Positions 29,817 to 40,706 of a DNA stretch of 64,000 nt are shown one piece after another. The stretch's first letter is position 1. Each line of letters opens with the position of its first letter. The DNA lies in NCBI GenBank assembly GCA_965218095.1, contig OZ244587.1, forward strand, positions 6,286,490 to 6,350,489, in the 5' to 3' direction. A model generated the notes under the pieces. It worked only from the letters and a program-made list of their open reading frames with translations. It did not search any database and was not told the DNA's origin. Both the position numbers and the translations under genes were made by a program. The DNA is from Candidatus Poribacteria bacterium (lineage in GTDB: Bacteria; Poribacteria; WGA-4E; PCPOR2b).

Positions 29817-30185
29817 TTACTCGTCCTTAAGAAAAACCGTCTGCCGATCCGCGGATGAATAGCAAATCACCATCGTTACGGGCTGCCAACCGGTATTGAC
29901 GGCGTTGTGTTTCATGCCTTGCGGGATGCGTAACACCATCCCTTCTTTCAAGGGGAAAACCTCGTCACCAAGTTGGTGATCGCACTGCCCCGAAAGTACG
30001 TAAATCAGTTCCTCGCAGTTAGGGTGGTAGTGGAGCGGATTACCCTCGCCGGCATTGAGGTAAACAACCCCGAAGGTCATTTCCGCCTCCGGATCGATCT
30101 GGTCGTTGCAGAGCCACTTAATTGCGCCCCAAGGGAATTGGAGTGCTTCACCTTCGTTAACGTTAGTAATTGTTGCTGAACTCAT
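29817..30185 (-). CDS. Cupin domain protein
   Basis: HYHPNCEELIYVLSG..IPQGMKHNAVN. Confidence 0.88.
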   Translation of the reverse strand: MSSATITNVNEGEALQFPWGAIKWLCNDQIDPEAEMTFGVVYLNAGEGNPLHYHPNCEELIYVLSGQCDHQLGDEVFPLKEGMVLRIPQGMKHNAVNTGWQPVTMVICYSSADRQTVFLKDE

Positions 30186-30225
30186 GATACCTCCTTAAAA
30201 ACGTGATGCGTGATTTGTTGATTCG

Positions 30226-30975
30226 TTAGATTTCGAGCGTCTCTCGCATGTATCGACAACTCATTGTAACGCTCTCTTTCGGTGTTTTATCCGTCCAATC
30301 CTGTTCGACTGTCAGCCACTCGGCGCTAATCCCTTCGACGACTTTCATAATCCCTGCCCAATCGAGGATGCCGTGTCCAACTTCTCCGAAGGAGCCATCC
30401 GAATTCATGTCCTTGAAGTGGAGATAGGCAACACGGTCTGCATATTGCTCCAGAAAAGCAGCAGGGTTTTCACCGCCATGCTTGACCCAATAGGTGTCCA
30501 CACAGGCGTGAACGAACTCCGGATCAGTCGATTCAAAAAGCGTGACGAGTCCAGTTGTCCCGCCGAAATCCTTGAATTCCCAACTGTGATTGTGATAACA
30601 GAACTTGATTCCCACATCGTTACAGCGACGCCCAACTTCGTTGAAGATCTCTGCCGCGCGCTGGTAGTCCTCAAGGGTATCGTTTCCACCAACACCAGAG
30701 ACCATCAAGTAACGGCAGTCCATCGCGTCGGTGAATTTAATCATCTCATCGAACTGCTCAAGACTGCCATAACCTGTATGGACGCCGGCCAATTCCAAAT
30801 TGTGCGATGCCAGCAGCACCTTCGTTTCATCGATTGAATGGCTACCTTCACTGAGATTTCCAGCTTCTATCCCACCGTACCCCACGTCCGAAATCTCGGC
30901 GAGGACGCCGGAGAGATCTTCACTGGAACGGGAGCCGTAGATAATTAACTGACAACCAATCTTATACTTGTTCAT
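30226..30975 (-). CDS. Sugar phosphate isomerase/epimerase (xylose isomerase-like TIM barrel)
   Basis: YHNHSWEF, DTYW, HFKD, VEQD. Confidence 0.9.
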   Translation of the reverse strand: MNKYKIGCQLIIYGSRSSEDLSGVLAEISDVGYGGIEAGNLSEGSHSIDETKVLLASHNLELAGVHTGYGSLEQFDEMIKFTDAMDCRYLMVSGVGGNDTLEDYQRAAEIFNEVGRRCNDVGIKFCYHNHSWEFKDFGGTTGLVTLFESTDPEFVHACVDTYWVKHGGENPAAFLEQYADRVAYLHFKDMNSDGSFGEVGHGILDWAGIMKVVEGISAEWLTVEQDWTDKTPKESVTMSCRYMRETLEI

Positions 30976-31043
30976 TGCAAACCTTGGGAAGTAGAATATT
31001 GAGTCGTGAAACGTGAGAGTATGAATTCTCAAGGAGCTTTTCT

Positions 31044-31310
31044 ATGAACATCGATATATCAGAAGACATCTTGCTTACGCAACTCAAAAGACTTGTTGAT
31101 CGGACGAGCGAGCAATTGCAATGGGGGAACCTGACATTGTGGGAAACTCTTGATCTCATTCAACAGACGCAGGTTCAAGCAGAAGAACTGATACCGGATC
31201 AGATGGAATTGTATCAGCGCATCTATGGCGCACGTTTTCGACGCTTACTCGAACAGTTTGTCATACCAAAAGAGTCGGAAGCTCGGTTCAACTGGCATAA
31301 ACCGTACTGA
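31044..31310 (+). CDS. Small conserved hypothetical protein
   Basis: AAGGAG SD; LxxLVD..LIPDQMELYQRIYGARFRRLLEQF helical protein. Confidence 0.6.
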   Translation: MNIDISEDILLTQLKRLVDRTSEQLQWGNLTLWETLDLIQQTQVQAEELIPDQMELYQRIYGARFRRLLEQFVIPKESEARFNWHKPY

Positions 31311-31367
31311 CTCGCTCGAACCTTGCCAATGCTTTGAACCTTGAAGTAGTGATCTCACCCGGATCCT

Positions 31368-32975
31368 CTATGGATTCACCGCCGACACCTCTTCGCCATC
31401 CTTGAGAGTATGCTGCCCGGCAATGACCACCTGCTCGCCTTCAGAGAGCCCGCTTGTAATTTCGACATTGCTACCTTCAGTCAAACCGAACTCGATCTGC
31501 CGGCGCTTGCCGTGTCCATCTGCAACCACAAAAACGGTCTGGACGTTTTTGACGCTATCTTCAATCACCGCAGAACGCGGAATTAGTATGGCGTTTTCGT
31601 GGATCTCCACCGGGATGCTGACCTTCGCAAACATGCCCGGCTTCAAGCGCAGGTCTGCGTTGTCGATTGTGATTTCGAGTTTCGCGGATCTGCTTGTCCG
31701 GTCAAGGGTGGGACTGACGTGAGAGATTTTTCCAGAGACGGGCTGCGGCGCCGCATCTACCTGAATCCACGCCGAATCGCCGCGTCTCACCTTGCCCAGG
31801 TCTGATTCAATTACGCTGACGACTGCTTTCACCGCGTCCATATCCACAATCTCGAAAATCGGCGTGGTCGGCACAGCCATGCCTCCCAAATCTAGAGCGC
31901 GCATGGACACGACGCCGGCAATTGGCGCGGTGACCCTCGCGTCCGCCAACCGTTTTTGAGCGAGATTAAGCGCGGCTTCGGCTTGCGCCACAGTAGTTTC
32001 CGCCGAAGTGATTTCCGCTTCCCAGCTTCTGGCCGTTTTTAACGCTTCCGCAGCCTCTAACACCGCGCGAGCTGCCATCACCTGAGCCTCGGCCAACTTC
32101 CTATCTTTCTCCCACGTTTTCGTGTCTGCTTGAGCATAAGCAAGTTTGAACGCCGCTTCAGCGCCCGCGACCTGCGCTTCCAGCGCGCGGATGTCTTCCT
32201 CACGCGCCCCGTTTTCAATGAGGCGCATCTGTTCACGTGCGACCTCGTATTGGGCTTTGGCGACATCTAATTGGGTTTCGGCGGCTTCAATCGACTGCTC
32301 GCTGACTGCATTATTTTCAAACAGCTTTTTCATGCGGTTATAGTTGCTTTTGGCGTTGGCAAGGTTCGCATTCGCCTGATTGACGGCAGCTTCGGCTTGT
32401 CTCCGATCTTCGTCCCTCGCTCCTCGCTTGATTTTTTCCAAATTCGCCTTGAGCGATTGAAGTCCGGCTTTCGCCTGCTCAAGCTGTGAAATCGTGCGGG
32501 TTTCGGCGAGCTCTTCTACCTGACGAAACGAAGCCACGGCAGATGCAAGCTGCGCCTGCGCCTGGTAGATCTGCGATCTGATGCGAACCTCGGCTAACTT
32601 TTGCGCCTGATCAAAAGTGGTATCCGCGGCTTGATACGCCGCCTCCGCTTGGCGCACTTGAAGTTCCAATTCTTCATGCTCAATGACTACCAACGTTTGG
32701 CCTTTTTCGACCCGATCACCTTCATCAACGTTCATCTTGATGATTTTTCCGGCAACTTCCGGAAAAACTGTCACCTGTGAATCGGCTTCAATCGTGCCAG
32801 AAAATTGTAGTTCAGATCGGATCTCTCCACGTGAGGCTTTAATCACCTCCACCACCTTGACCGTTGAAGCCACAGCTACCGTCTCACTTTCTCGCTTTTT
32901 GGTGGTGAATCTAATGAAAACAATTCCGATGATAACGATCAGAATAATTATTGCGATAATCCAAGGTCTTCTCAC
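31368..32975 (-). CDS. Efflux membrane fusion protein with long coiled coil
   Basis: N-terminal TM, VDEGDRVEKGQ, APIAGVV, LKPGMFA, GLSEGEQVV. Confidence 0.92.
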   Translation of the reverse strand: MRRPWIIAIIILIVIIGIVFIRFTTKKRESETVAVASTVKVVEVIKASRGEIRSELQFSGTIEADSQVTVFPEVAGKIIKMNVDEGDRVEKGQTLVVIEHEELELQVRQAEAAYQAADTTFDQAQKLAEVRIRSQIYQAQAQLASAVASFRQVEELAETRTISQLEQAKAGLQSLKANLEKIKRGARDEDRRQAEAAVNQANANLANAKSNYNRMKKLFENNAVSEQSIEAAETQLDVAKAQYEVAREQMRLIENGAREEDIRALEAQVAGAEAAFKLAYAQADTKTWEKDRKLAEAQVMAARAVLEAAEALKTARSWEAEITSAETTVAQAEAALNLAQKRLADARVTAPIAGVVSMRALDLGGMAVPTTPIFEIVDMDAVKAVVSVIESDLGKVRRGDSAWIQVDAAPQPVSGKISHVSPTLDRTSRSAKLEITIDNADLRLKPGMFAKVSIPVEIHENAILIPRSAVIEDSVKNVQTVFVVADGHGKRRQIEFGLTEGSNVEITSGLSEGEQVVIAGQHTLKDGEEVSAVNP

Positions 32976-32992
32976 TTTTTAATCTCCATAAC

Positions 32993-34393
32993 CTAATTTT
33001 GTAGTTTTTGCCCGATAGCCTTTTCCAATTGGGCGAGTCCGATGGCATAATCGTGCAAGGATTGGAGACGATTGACTTCTGCCTGCGATAGGGCAAGTTG
33101 AGCGTCGGTGAGCTCAACGCTGGTAATCATCCCGTTTTCATAGCGTAAGTTCGCAATCCGCACGCTCTCTTGGGCTTGCTCAACCGTTTCCTTCTGGACC
33201 TCGATTAACGCCTTTGCCTCAAGCAGGTTCAGATAGGCAGACCTGACCTCAAACTCAATAGTGTCCGCTACTTGTTGCTTTCCAAGCTGTGTCCGCTTCA
33301 ATCCGGATTCGGCTTGCTGCACCGCAGCTCGTGTTGCAAAGCCATCGAAGATTGGGAAGTTGAGCGCAAAACCGAGGTTCCAGATGCGATTCATCTTCTC
33401 AAGCCTTTCATTTCCTTCGATCTGATAGTTTGTAAAAAAGGAGAGGTCAGGACGATTCCCAGTCTTGGCGACATCAACCTGTTTTTTCGCGGCTTGCTCG
33501 TTGAATTCAAATTGCTGCATCTCGGGCCGGTTTTCCATCCCCCTTTGAATTAAGGAATTAAGGCCAAGTTCGATTGATAAACGGTCTAAACTGCCTTTAA
33601 CTACTACCGCCTCTGCCAGATCAATATTCAGTACATTTTTATAAGTATCCTTGGCGATTCGTGCCTGATTCTTGGCGCGAATAAGATTCGACCTCGCATT
33701 GGCTAACAGCACCTCCGCCCGCAGGACATCAAAGTTGGTTGAAGCGCCCGCCTCAAAGAAGTTTTGAGCAATCTGCAACTGTTTCTCAACAAGATCGACC
33801 GTTTGTTGGGAGACCTTTACGAACTCCATCGCAAGGAGAATATTGTAAAAGGCTTCAGAAACGTCAAGCACAAGCCCGTTGTAAGCCGCAGCCAATTCTC
33901 TCCTGGCAGCCTCCAAACTCGATTTTGCACTCTGATAGTTATTATAGTAACGCCCCCAGGCAAAGATCGATTGTCTCAGGCTCAACTCCGCTTGAAGGTT
34001 ATGATGCGCCCCAAATTCCAATTCAATGACATCCAACGCCGTGCCAGCGTCGTCGGCACCCGTATCGGGGGGAGGCGGCATATTTCCTCCTGCGCCCGGC
34101 GGGCCAAATGCCCCGCTTGCCTCAAGAACGGATTTCGGGAGATCTTTGGCATATCGATAACTACTAGTGAGCGAGACATTTGGCAACAGCACAGCACGTG
34201 CAGAATGCACCTGTGCTTCCGCAGATTTCACCCGTTCCTGGATTGTTTGGATCGAGAGATTGGTTTGTCGGGCGATTTCAATGCTGCCTTCCAGTGTCAG
34301 AACTATTGGCTCTTGAGCCGATACCGTGCAATTCCAACAAACTAACAAGAGTATCCCGACGAAGATATATTGTCGAGTTTTTGACAAATACAT
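32993..34393 (-). CDS. TolC-family outer membrane protein
   Basis: Signal peptide, two OEP repeats, FPIFDG, EVRSAY, YENG. Confidence 0.92.
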   Translation of the reverse strand: MYLSKTRQYIFVGILLLVCWNCTVSAQEPIVLTLEGSIEIARQTNLSIQTIQERVKSAEAQVHSARAVLLPNVSLTSSYRYAKDLPKSVLEASGAFGPPGAGGNMPPPPDTGADDAGTALDVIELEFGAHHNLQAELSLRQSIFAWGRYYNNYQSAKSSLEAARRELAAAYNGLVLDVSEAFYNILLAMEFVKVSQQTVDLVEKQLQIAQNFFEAGASTNFDVLRAEVLLANARSNLIRAKNQARIAKDTYKNVLNIDLAEAVVVKGSLDRLSIELGLNSLIQRGMENRPEMQQFEFNEQAAKKQVDVAKTGNRPDLSFFTNYQIEGNERLEKMNRIWNLGFALNFPIFDGFATRAAVQQAESGLKRTQLGKQQVADTIEFEVRSAYLNLLEAKALIEVQKETVEQAQESVRIANLRYENGMITSVELTDAQLALSQAEVNRLQSLHDYAIGLAQLEKAIGQKLQN

Positions 34394-34447
34394 TCAATTC
34401 CTCCGAATTAATAATAGGCCAAAGGGTTGAGTTTGCCTGCCATTCGC

Positions 34448-34702
34448 CTATGCCACCTTATGCGCGGCTCGCACGGTTGTTGCCCGCACGACGACACCCC
34501 CCAAAGACACTGAAGACTCCATGATGCCAACAACTCGCGACTTGTGCTGTTCTGCGGTGATGTCGAGGTAAAATGTGCTTAATGCTGGCGCTTTCAACGC
34601 CCTTCCCAGACCGTCCACAAGGCAGACCAGGAAGATCAGTGGGAACGATGTCAAAAACGTCAGGCCAGCGTAGAATGCTGTGTTGAGCAGCGTTTCGATC
34701 AT
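34448..34702 (-). pseudogene. MFS transporter fragment
   Basis: Hydrophobic segment, GLGRAL.APAL..DIT..HKSRVVGI. Confidence 0.45.
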
Positions 34703-35071
34703 GATTATCGGCCTGCGACCACCGCCACAAGATTTGCGCGCGGCACTTCTCTTTTGAGGGCATTGAGATGACTGACCACGACGAGAGAGTTATTAACAAC
34801 CACCCCCTATTTTGTAGGAACAACAAGCCAAGGTTGTTACGGTAAAGATGTTTCGGGGAGGGAACGTCAAGGTGGGAGTTTCAATCTGTAAATTCGGAGT
34901 GCAAAACATGTTTTGCCACATCGCTACAAGACAGGTTCTGCACTCCTGAATAAATAATCCGAATTTTCTTTAGATTGCTTAACTTGTAAATCCTCGAAGT
35001 GGCGAAAGAATCAGTTTAGAGCGGATATGCCAAGAGGCACGTTTACAAATCAAAGATGCAGGTTCCGTCGT

Positions 35072-36967
35072 CTAATATCTCAGAATAGCGCTCCACTCAC
35101 CAACAGCCCAAAGGGTTCCGTCTTTGGATTGGGTAATGTCGGTCAGGGTGCTCTGGGTAGGACTTTGCTCGGCGAGCCATGTCACGCCGCCATCTGTGGT
35201 GTGCAGGATGGTTCCATTCTCTCCAACAACCCAGCCTTGTTTATCGTCAATGAAGCACACACCTTTTAATTCGCTGTCTGTTGGGGGCTCTTGCCGAGTC
35301 CATGTGGCGCCGCCATCTTTTGTCCCATAAATCGCGCCCCCAGACCCGGAGATCCAAGCGGTTTGGGCATCTAAGGCAAAAACGGTGTTTAAATCCTCTG
35401 GTCCCGCCGACTGAACGGACCACGTTTGTCCACCATCAGCCGTTTTGATAACAGCTCCGCCTTGTCCAACAATCCAACCCACTTTATCGTCGGCAAAATA
35501 GACGCCAAACAGGTTGCTGAAAGCAACCATCGGATCCCCGGCATCCTGCCCTATCCATGTTTCTCCACTATCGCTCGTATGCAAAATCTTGCCAACTTCG
35601 CCAACCCCCCAGCCGTGTTGAGGGGTTGGAAAGTGGAGATCATAAAATCCAAGGGCGCCTTTCCAAATCGACATCTGATCAAACTGAATCCGTTTAACCT
35701 TACCATGTCCTTCATCCGTCGGATCGCTGACACTCTGCCAAACATCTCCTCCGCTACCAGTCTCGATTAAGGTGCCGTTACTCCCAACGATGTAGCCTTT
35801 ATTCTCATCAACGAAACCGATACCGAAAAGCTCAAACACGTTGTTGCTGTCTTGCGGTTGCCACGTCTGTCCACCATCACTGGTGTGCAAAACAGCTCCG
35901 GATAAACCAACAGCCCACCCCAGCTTATCATTATAGAAGTAAACTTTCTGTAAATGGGTGTTAATTGAAACAACTTCCCACGATGCACCACTATCTTGGC
36001 TATGCAGAATGGTTGCGAATTGTCCCACGGCCCACGCCTCCTGCGGGGTGACAAATTGGATGGCGGTCAGTCGGGTCGCAACAGGTCTCGGGTCAAGCGC
36101 CGTCCAATTTGCTCCGCCATCAGTCGTTCTCAAAATGGCACCAAACTCTGCTGATGCGAGCCCGAGGTTGGCGTCGATAAAATGAATGCCCCAGATGGGT
36201 TCGGGCATGCCGTTGGAGTAAGGCACATTGCTCTCTTGAGTTTCCCATGTTTCTCCGCCATCGGCTGTGTGAACAAGTACGCCATTGCCGCCGCATGACC
36301 AACCCTCCTGGTCATTGAGCATAAAAAGACCGTCGAGCGTGGCAGCAGAGTTGGTCCTTTGGGATTTCCAAGTTTGCCCACCATCCGTGGTATGGAGCAT
36401 CGTACCACCGCCTCCCGATGCCCAACCGACTTGAGGAGTTGTGAAGCGAATGTCTGTGATCTCGTTATTCGTACCGGTCTTTTGTGGCGTCCAGGTGGCG
36501 CCGCCATTTGTGGTATGAATGAGAATCCCACCATCGCCGCCGGCCCAACCGTTTTTGTCATCGGCAAAAAAGATGGCCGACAACACGGCGCGTGTGCCAG
36601 TGGTGAGCTTCATCCATGTTGCGCCGCCATCTACCGTTTTCAACACTGTACCGTTATCGCCGGCAATCCAGCCGGTTGTAGGATTGATAAACCGCACCTG
36701 GTGGAAATCCATTTTGAAGGGAAATGGTTGATTTGGCTGGTTTTCCCAGGTCTTCCCACCGTCGCTTGTATGCAGAATTGTCGATTGAGAACCGACAGCC
36801 CAGCCGTGCTGCTGGTCGACGAAGTAGACATCTAATAGTAGAGTTTTCCACTCGGATTCGTGGATAGATGTCCAGATTCTCTCTGATGAAAAGGTGTTCG
36901 CCACAGAGATAAGTAACAGCCCAATCACGACTAAGAAACTGGTACCCCACTGCTTATGGATTGTCAT
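35072..36967 (-). CDS. Secreted YCF48/BNR (Asp-box) repeat beta-propeller protein
   Basis: More than 12 repeats of GW.VG..G.ILHT.DGG.TW; signal peptide; start at ATG 36967. Confidence 0.9.
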   Translation of the reverse strand: MTIHKQWGTSFLVVIGLLLISVANTFSSERIWTSIHESEWKTLLLDVYFVDQQHGWAVGSQSTILHTSDGGKTWENQPNQPFPFKMDFHQVRFINPTTGWIAGDNGTVLKTVDGGATWMKLTTGTRAVLSAIFFADDKNGWAGGDGGILIHTTNGGATWTPQKTGTNNEITDIRFTTPQVGWASGGGGTMLHTTDGGQTWKSQRTNSAATLDGLFMLNDQEGWSCGGNGVLVHTADGGETWETQESNVPYSNGMPEPIWGIHFIDANLGLASAEFGAILRTTDGGANWTALDPRPVATRLTAIQFVTPQEAWAVGQFATILHSQDSGASWEVVSINTHLQKVYFYNDKLGWAVGLSGAVLHTSDGGQTWQPQDSNNVFELFGIGFVDENKGYIVGSNGTLIETGSGGDVWQSVSDPTDEGHGKVKRIQFDQMSIWKGALGFYDLHFPTPQHGWGVGEVGKILHTSDSGETWIGQDAGDPMVAFSNLFGVYFADDKVGWIVGQGGAVIKTADGGQTWSVQSAGPEDLNTVFALDAQTAWISGSGGAIYGTKDGGATWTRQEPPTDSELKGVCFIDDKQGWVVGENGTILHTTDGGVTWLAEQSPTQSTLTDITQSKDGTLWAVGEWSAILRY

Positions 36968-37091
36968 TAGTTCCTCCTGGTGTAAGATTTTTGTTCCTTG
37001 TGAAAACAGACATATTATACAACGATCGGCTAACACCGTCAAGCAGTTGTTTACTGAAGTCACGGTAAAAAACGCTCTAAATGTAATGGGA

Positions 37092-38042
37092 CCGGTTGAA
37101 ACTTTTCACACTAGGTTCTGTTGACATTTGAGTATAAGGTTGTGGCATAATAGAAGAATGATGCCAATAACCTTACCCGATGACCAATGGAAAAAGATAT
37201 ACTCGTTTCTTCTAACTTGTCCCAACATCTATGTTGGCAACGAAGCGACAACACGCCGCTTTATCGAAGCGGTTCTCTGGGCGACCCGTAGCGGGGCTCA
37301 ATGGCGGATTCTGCCAGACACCTATGGTAAATGGAACACCCTCTATAAGCGTTTTGCTCGGTGGTGCGACAAAGGGGGCTTCACACAGATGCACCCCCAC
37401 TTCGCCGCCGACCCCGATATCGAGTCGCTTATTGTGGACAGTACAATCATTCGAGCGCACCCGTCTGCGGCGGGCACCTTAAAAAGCTGGCGCCTTAAAA
37501 AAAAGGGTGGCACTGAAAACCAAGCGTTAGGTCGCTCTCGCGGGGGATTCAGTACAAAAATTCACATCACAGTTGACGGCCTGGGTAATCCCCTAAGAAT
37601 ACATCTGACGCCCGGTCAAAGAAACGACATAGCGGAAGCAGAAGCGTTGATACTTGGATATAAAAGCGAGTATGTGATTGGAGACAAGGGATATGACTCC
37701 GACAGTTTTATCGCTGTTATTGAGGCGAATGGAGCGATTGCGGTGATACCGCCCAAAAGTCATCGTGTGGATCAAAGAGATTACGACAAACATCTGTACA
37801 AAGAGAGACATCGGGTTGAATGTTTCATTAACAAGATAAAATGGTATCGCCGCATCTTCTCTCGGTTCGAGAAGTTAGCTATCCGTTATTTTGGATTTCT
37901 CAGCTTTGTCTCCACTCTTATATGGCTCCCTTGAAATGTCAACAGAACCTAGTAAATGGCGTAGGTTAATCATAGCAAAAGTAATACAATGGAAGCCGAA
38001 AAAGTTTGTATTGCTTTTGCATCTGTTAAAAGTTTCAACCGG
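37092..38042. mobile_element. Small MITE-like element (about 110 bp without its insert) hosting IS5 copy 1
   Basis: 15-bp perfect inverted ends ccggttgaaactttt / aaaagtttcaaccgg; a similar end occurs at about 24688-24703. Confidence 0.5.
37111..37952 (+). mobile_element. IS5-family element copy 1; single fused transposase ORF 37158..37934
   Basis: Ends ctaggttctgttgacattt / aaatgtcaacagaacctag; GAQWR.LP.YG.W, IVDST, GRSRGG.STKIH, GDKGYD, YKERH.VE. Confidence 0.95.
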
Positions 38043-38187
38043 CTTAACCACAAATGCCGATAAACACAGATCTTCTCAATTTTCACCGTAGCATGAGAAA
38101 TTTCTCATGATTGCCAGTCGCTACCACGGATCCGCGCGATTTCTTGGTGGTCAGAGAAACGGAGAAGTCACGCCAATCCCATGCAGG

Positions 38188-39180
38188 TTACGGAACCTCA
38201 ACGCCTTCAAAAACCTTGTTGATGATCTGTTCAGAAGTAATCTCCTCCGCTTCCGCTTCGTAGCTGGCGATGACACGGTGTCTGAGAACATCCATACCAA
38301 CCGCGTGAACATCTTCCGGCGTCACATAACCACGGCGGCGGAGGAAGGCGTGGGCTTTGGCAGCCATAGCGAGGAAGATCGTCGCCCGCGGGGATGCCCC
38401 GTATTCGATAAGATCTGTGAGATCGTCCAATTGGTACTTCGCTGGTTCACGAGTGGCACAGACAAGATCAACGATATAGTTTTCAATCTTCTGGTCCATG
38501 TAGATCTCACGAGCGGTTGTACGGAGTTGAATAATCTCCTGGGGGGATATGACCGGTTGAATCGGCTGGATTTCTTCGCGTGTCATTCGCCGCAAGATGG
38601 CGAGTTCTTCCGTGCGTGAGGGATATGCCACTCGTAATTTGAGCATGAACCGATCCACCTGTGCCTCTGGCAGCGGGTAGGTTCCTTCCTGCTCAATTGG
38701 ATTTTGGGTCGCTAAGACGAGGAATGGATCATCGAGAGGATAGGTTTCATCGCCAATCGTGACCTGGACTTCTTGCATGGCTTCAAGGAGTGCGCTTTGG
38801 ACTTTGGCGGGAGCCCGATTGATTTCGTCTGCAAGAATAAGGTTGGCAAAAATGGGACCCTTTTTGACATAAAAGTCGCCCGATCGTTGATTATAGATTT
38901 GCGTCCCGATCAGATCAGCGGGCAGGAGGTCAGGAGTGAATTGGAGGCGTTTGAAAGAGACGGCAATCGTTTGGGAAAGGGTTTGAACGGCGGTCGTTTT
39001 GGCGAGGCCGGGCACGCCTTCTAAGAGGATATGACCGTTGCAGAGCAATCCGATAAACAACCGCTCAATCATATATTGCTGTCCGATGATGACTTTGCGA
39101 ATCTCCTCAAAAAACGCGTCAACGAAGGCGCTCTCCGCCTGAATCTGCTCGTTCAACGCTGTAAGATCATATCCTTGCAT
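38188..39180 (-). CDS. MoxR-family AAA+ ATPase
   Basis: LEGVPGLAKT, RLQFTPDLLPAD, ADEINR, ATQNPIEQEGTYPLPEAQVDRF, GASPRA. Confidence 0.95.
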   Translation of the reverse strand: MQGYDLTALNEQIQAESAFVDAFFEEIRKVIIGQQYMIERLFIGLLCNGHILLEGVPGLAKTTAVQTLSQTIAVSFKRLQFTPDLLPADLIGTQIYNQRSGDFYVKKGPIFANLILADEINRAPAKVQSALLEAMQEVQVTIGDETYPLDDPFLVLATQNPIEQEGTYPLPEAQVDRFMLKLRVAYPSRTEELAILRRMTREEIQPIQPVISPQEIIQLRTTAREIYMDQKIENYIVDLVCATREPAKYQLDDLTDLIEYGASPRATIFLAMAAKAHAFLRRRGYVTPEDVHAVGMDVLRHRVIASYEAEAEEITSEQIINKVFEGVEVP

Positions 39181-39926
39181 GTTTATCTAAGACAAGAATG
39201 ATTTCAATGCGGATGGCAAATTCTTCTTTACCATCTTTATGTCTTGTATTTGCTTCGGCAACCTCATACCAAACATCACTCATCTTCTGCTCTCATCTGT
39301 GTGCGTCGGTCAATGGTGATATGGGGTTTCAGCCGTGGCATCTTATCCGTCCGGATTTTTACCTTTTGTGAAAACAATATCTTTTGCTGATATATCGGTG
39401 AGAAGATAGCTCGCCATATACGAGGCTCGGGCTCTGGTTTACTTGGCTGTTCGTCTTTAGGTTTACCTGGACTTTTTTTCTCGTTTATCCCATTTTTTAA
39501 CAGATGGCAGTTCAATTTCGGCTTCTTGGTCAATTCCATGAGGCATCTTTAAGGTCTCCCTGTGATTTTTTTCAATGATGGCAAAAGAATGATACACGAC
39601 AGATTGTGGGGTAAATTTCCAAGTAACCGTTCAAGTCCAAAACGAAGAGGGATCCAGATACAATCCATACCACCTGGACGCTTACATTTCCAATCCGCCT
39701 GGAGTGCGATGCAGATTGGCAACTCCGAAGGATCGGAGCAGGTTCTGCGCCACGATGAGATTTACGACCTTCTGTATCATCCTTTTGCGGTTACTGTTTT
39801 TTTCGGTGACAGATGCTTTGGCACGAAAACGATTGCCAGATACCGCACCCCATTCTTCCTTCCCTTCCAACTGCTTTGCTTCCTTGCGCCTGAGCCCTCA
39901 CTCTGGGCGAACACCGAGGTTCAGCC

Positions 39927-40706
39927 TTAAAACCTCCTCCTGTAATGCTCATAGATTTCGCTGTTTTCATCCACTTCTTCTTCAGATTCATCCGTTTCAA
40001 CAGGCGCCACAGCAATTTGGTTTTCGAGAAACTCCTCTGCCGTCTGATAAATCCGATCAAGTTCTGAACAGGAAGGGCGATGGCGTGAAAAGTGAATCAT
40101 ATCGCACATCCGGAGAATCTCACCAACGTGATCTGTAACGCTATCGGTGAGCTCATCGGGGAGCGCCAATAAGATTTGTCCGGTTGTCGCATCTAAGATC
40201 TTGATCTGATATTTTTCTCCCACATAACGTTTGATAATCATCGCGATCAACCCGTAGTATTCCTGGATGCGGTCCGCTTCACGCAGCGACAACACTTGCT
40301 CCAGATCTTTGAGTGAGATCGACTCAAGCGTATACGCCTCTCGCTCCGAAGGGGGCTCTTGTTCGGCCCTCCTTTCGGATCGGCCGGGCCAAGATGCCCT
40401 GCGGGAAGTGACAGGTGATGGAGAAGGGGGCATATACGTAGACTGCGATACATCCCACTTTGTGGGTGTCTTTCGCAGCAAAAAGAAGCGAGCAAAGTGA
40501 GCCTTGTTCCGGCGCAGCAAGACATAAACAACGCCCCCGATGACAATCACAAGCAACATCAGGATAAACACGCCGACAATTGCGTTTATGAGTCCTGAAC
40601 CGGATTCATTCCCGTTGGAGCCGTTGCTGGCTGCAAATAGGGCAGCGGTGTCCAAAGTGAATTGGACAAATACTGATACCGAAGTCAAATTGATTATTCG
40701 TCGCAC
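39927..40706 (-). CDS. Membrane protein of MoxR/Bat-type loci (DUF4381/BatD-like C-terminus)
   Basis: Single TM, then EYY..I..IIKRY..TT..L..CDMIHF..P motif; upstream of the MoxR gene. Confidence 0.55.
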   Translation of the reverse strand: MRRIINLTSVSVFVQFTLDTAALFAASNGSNGNESGSGLINAIVGVFILMLLVIVIGGVVYVLLRRNKAHFARFFLLRKTPTKWDVSQSTYMPPSPSPVTSRRASWPGRSERRAEQEPPSEREAYTLESISLKDLEQVLSLREADRIQEYYGLIAMIIKRYVGEKYQIKILDATTGQILLALPDELTDSVTDHVGEILRMCDMIHFSRHRPSCSELDRIYQTAEEFLENQIAVAPVETDESEEEVDENSEIYEHYRRRF

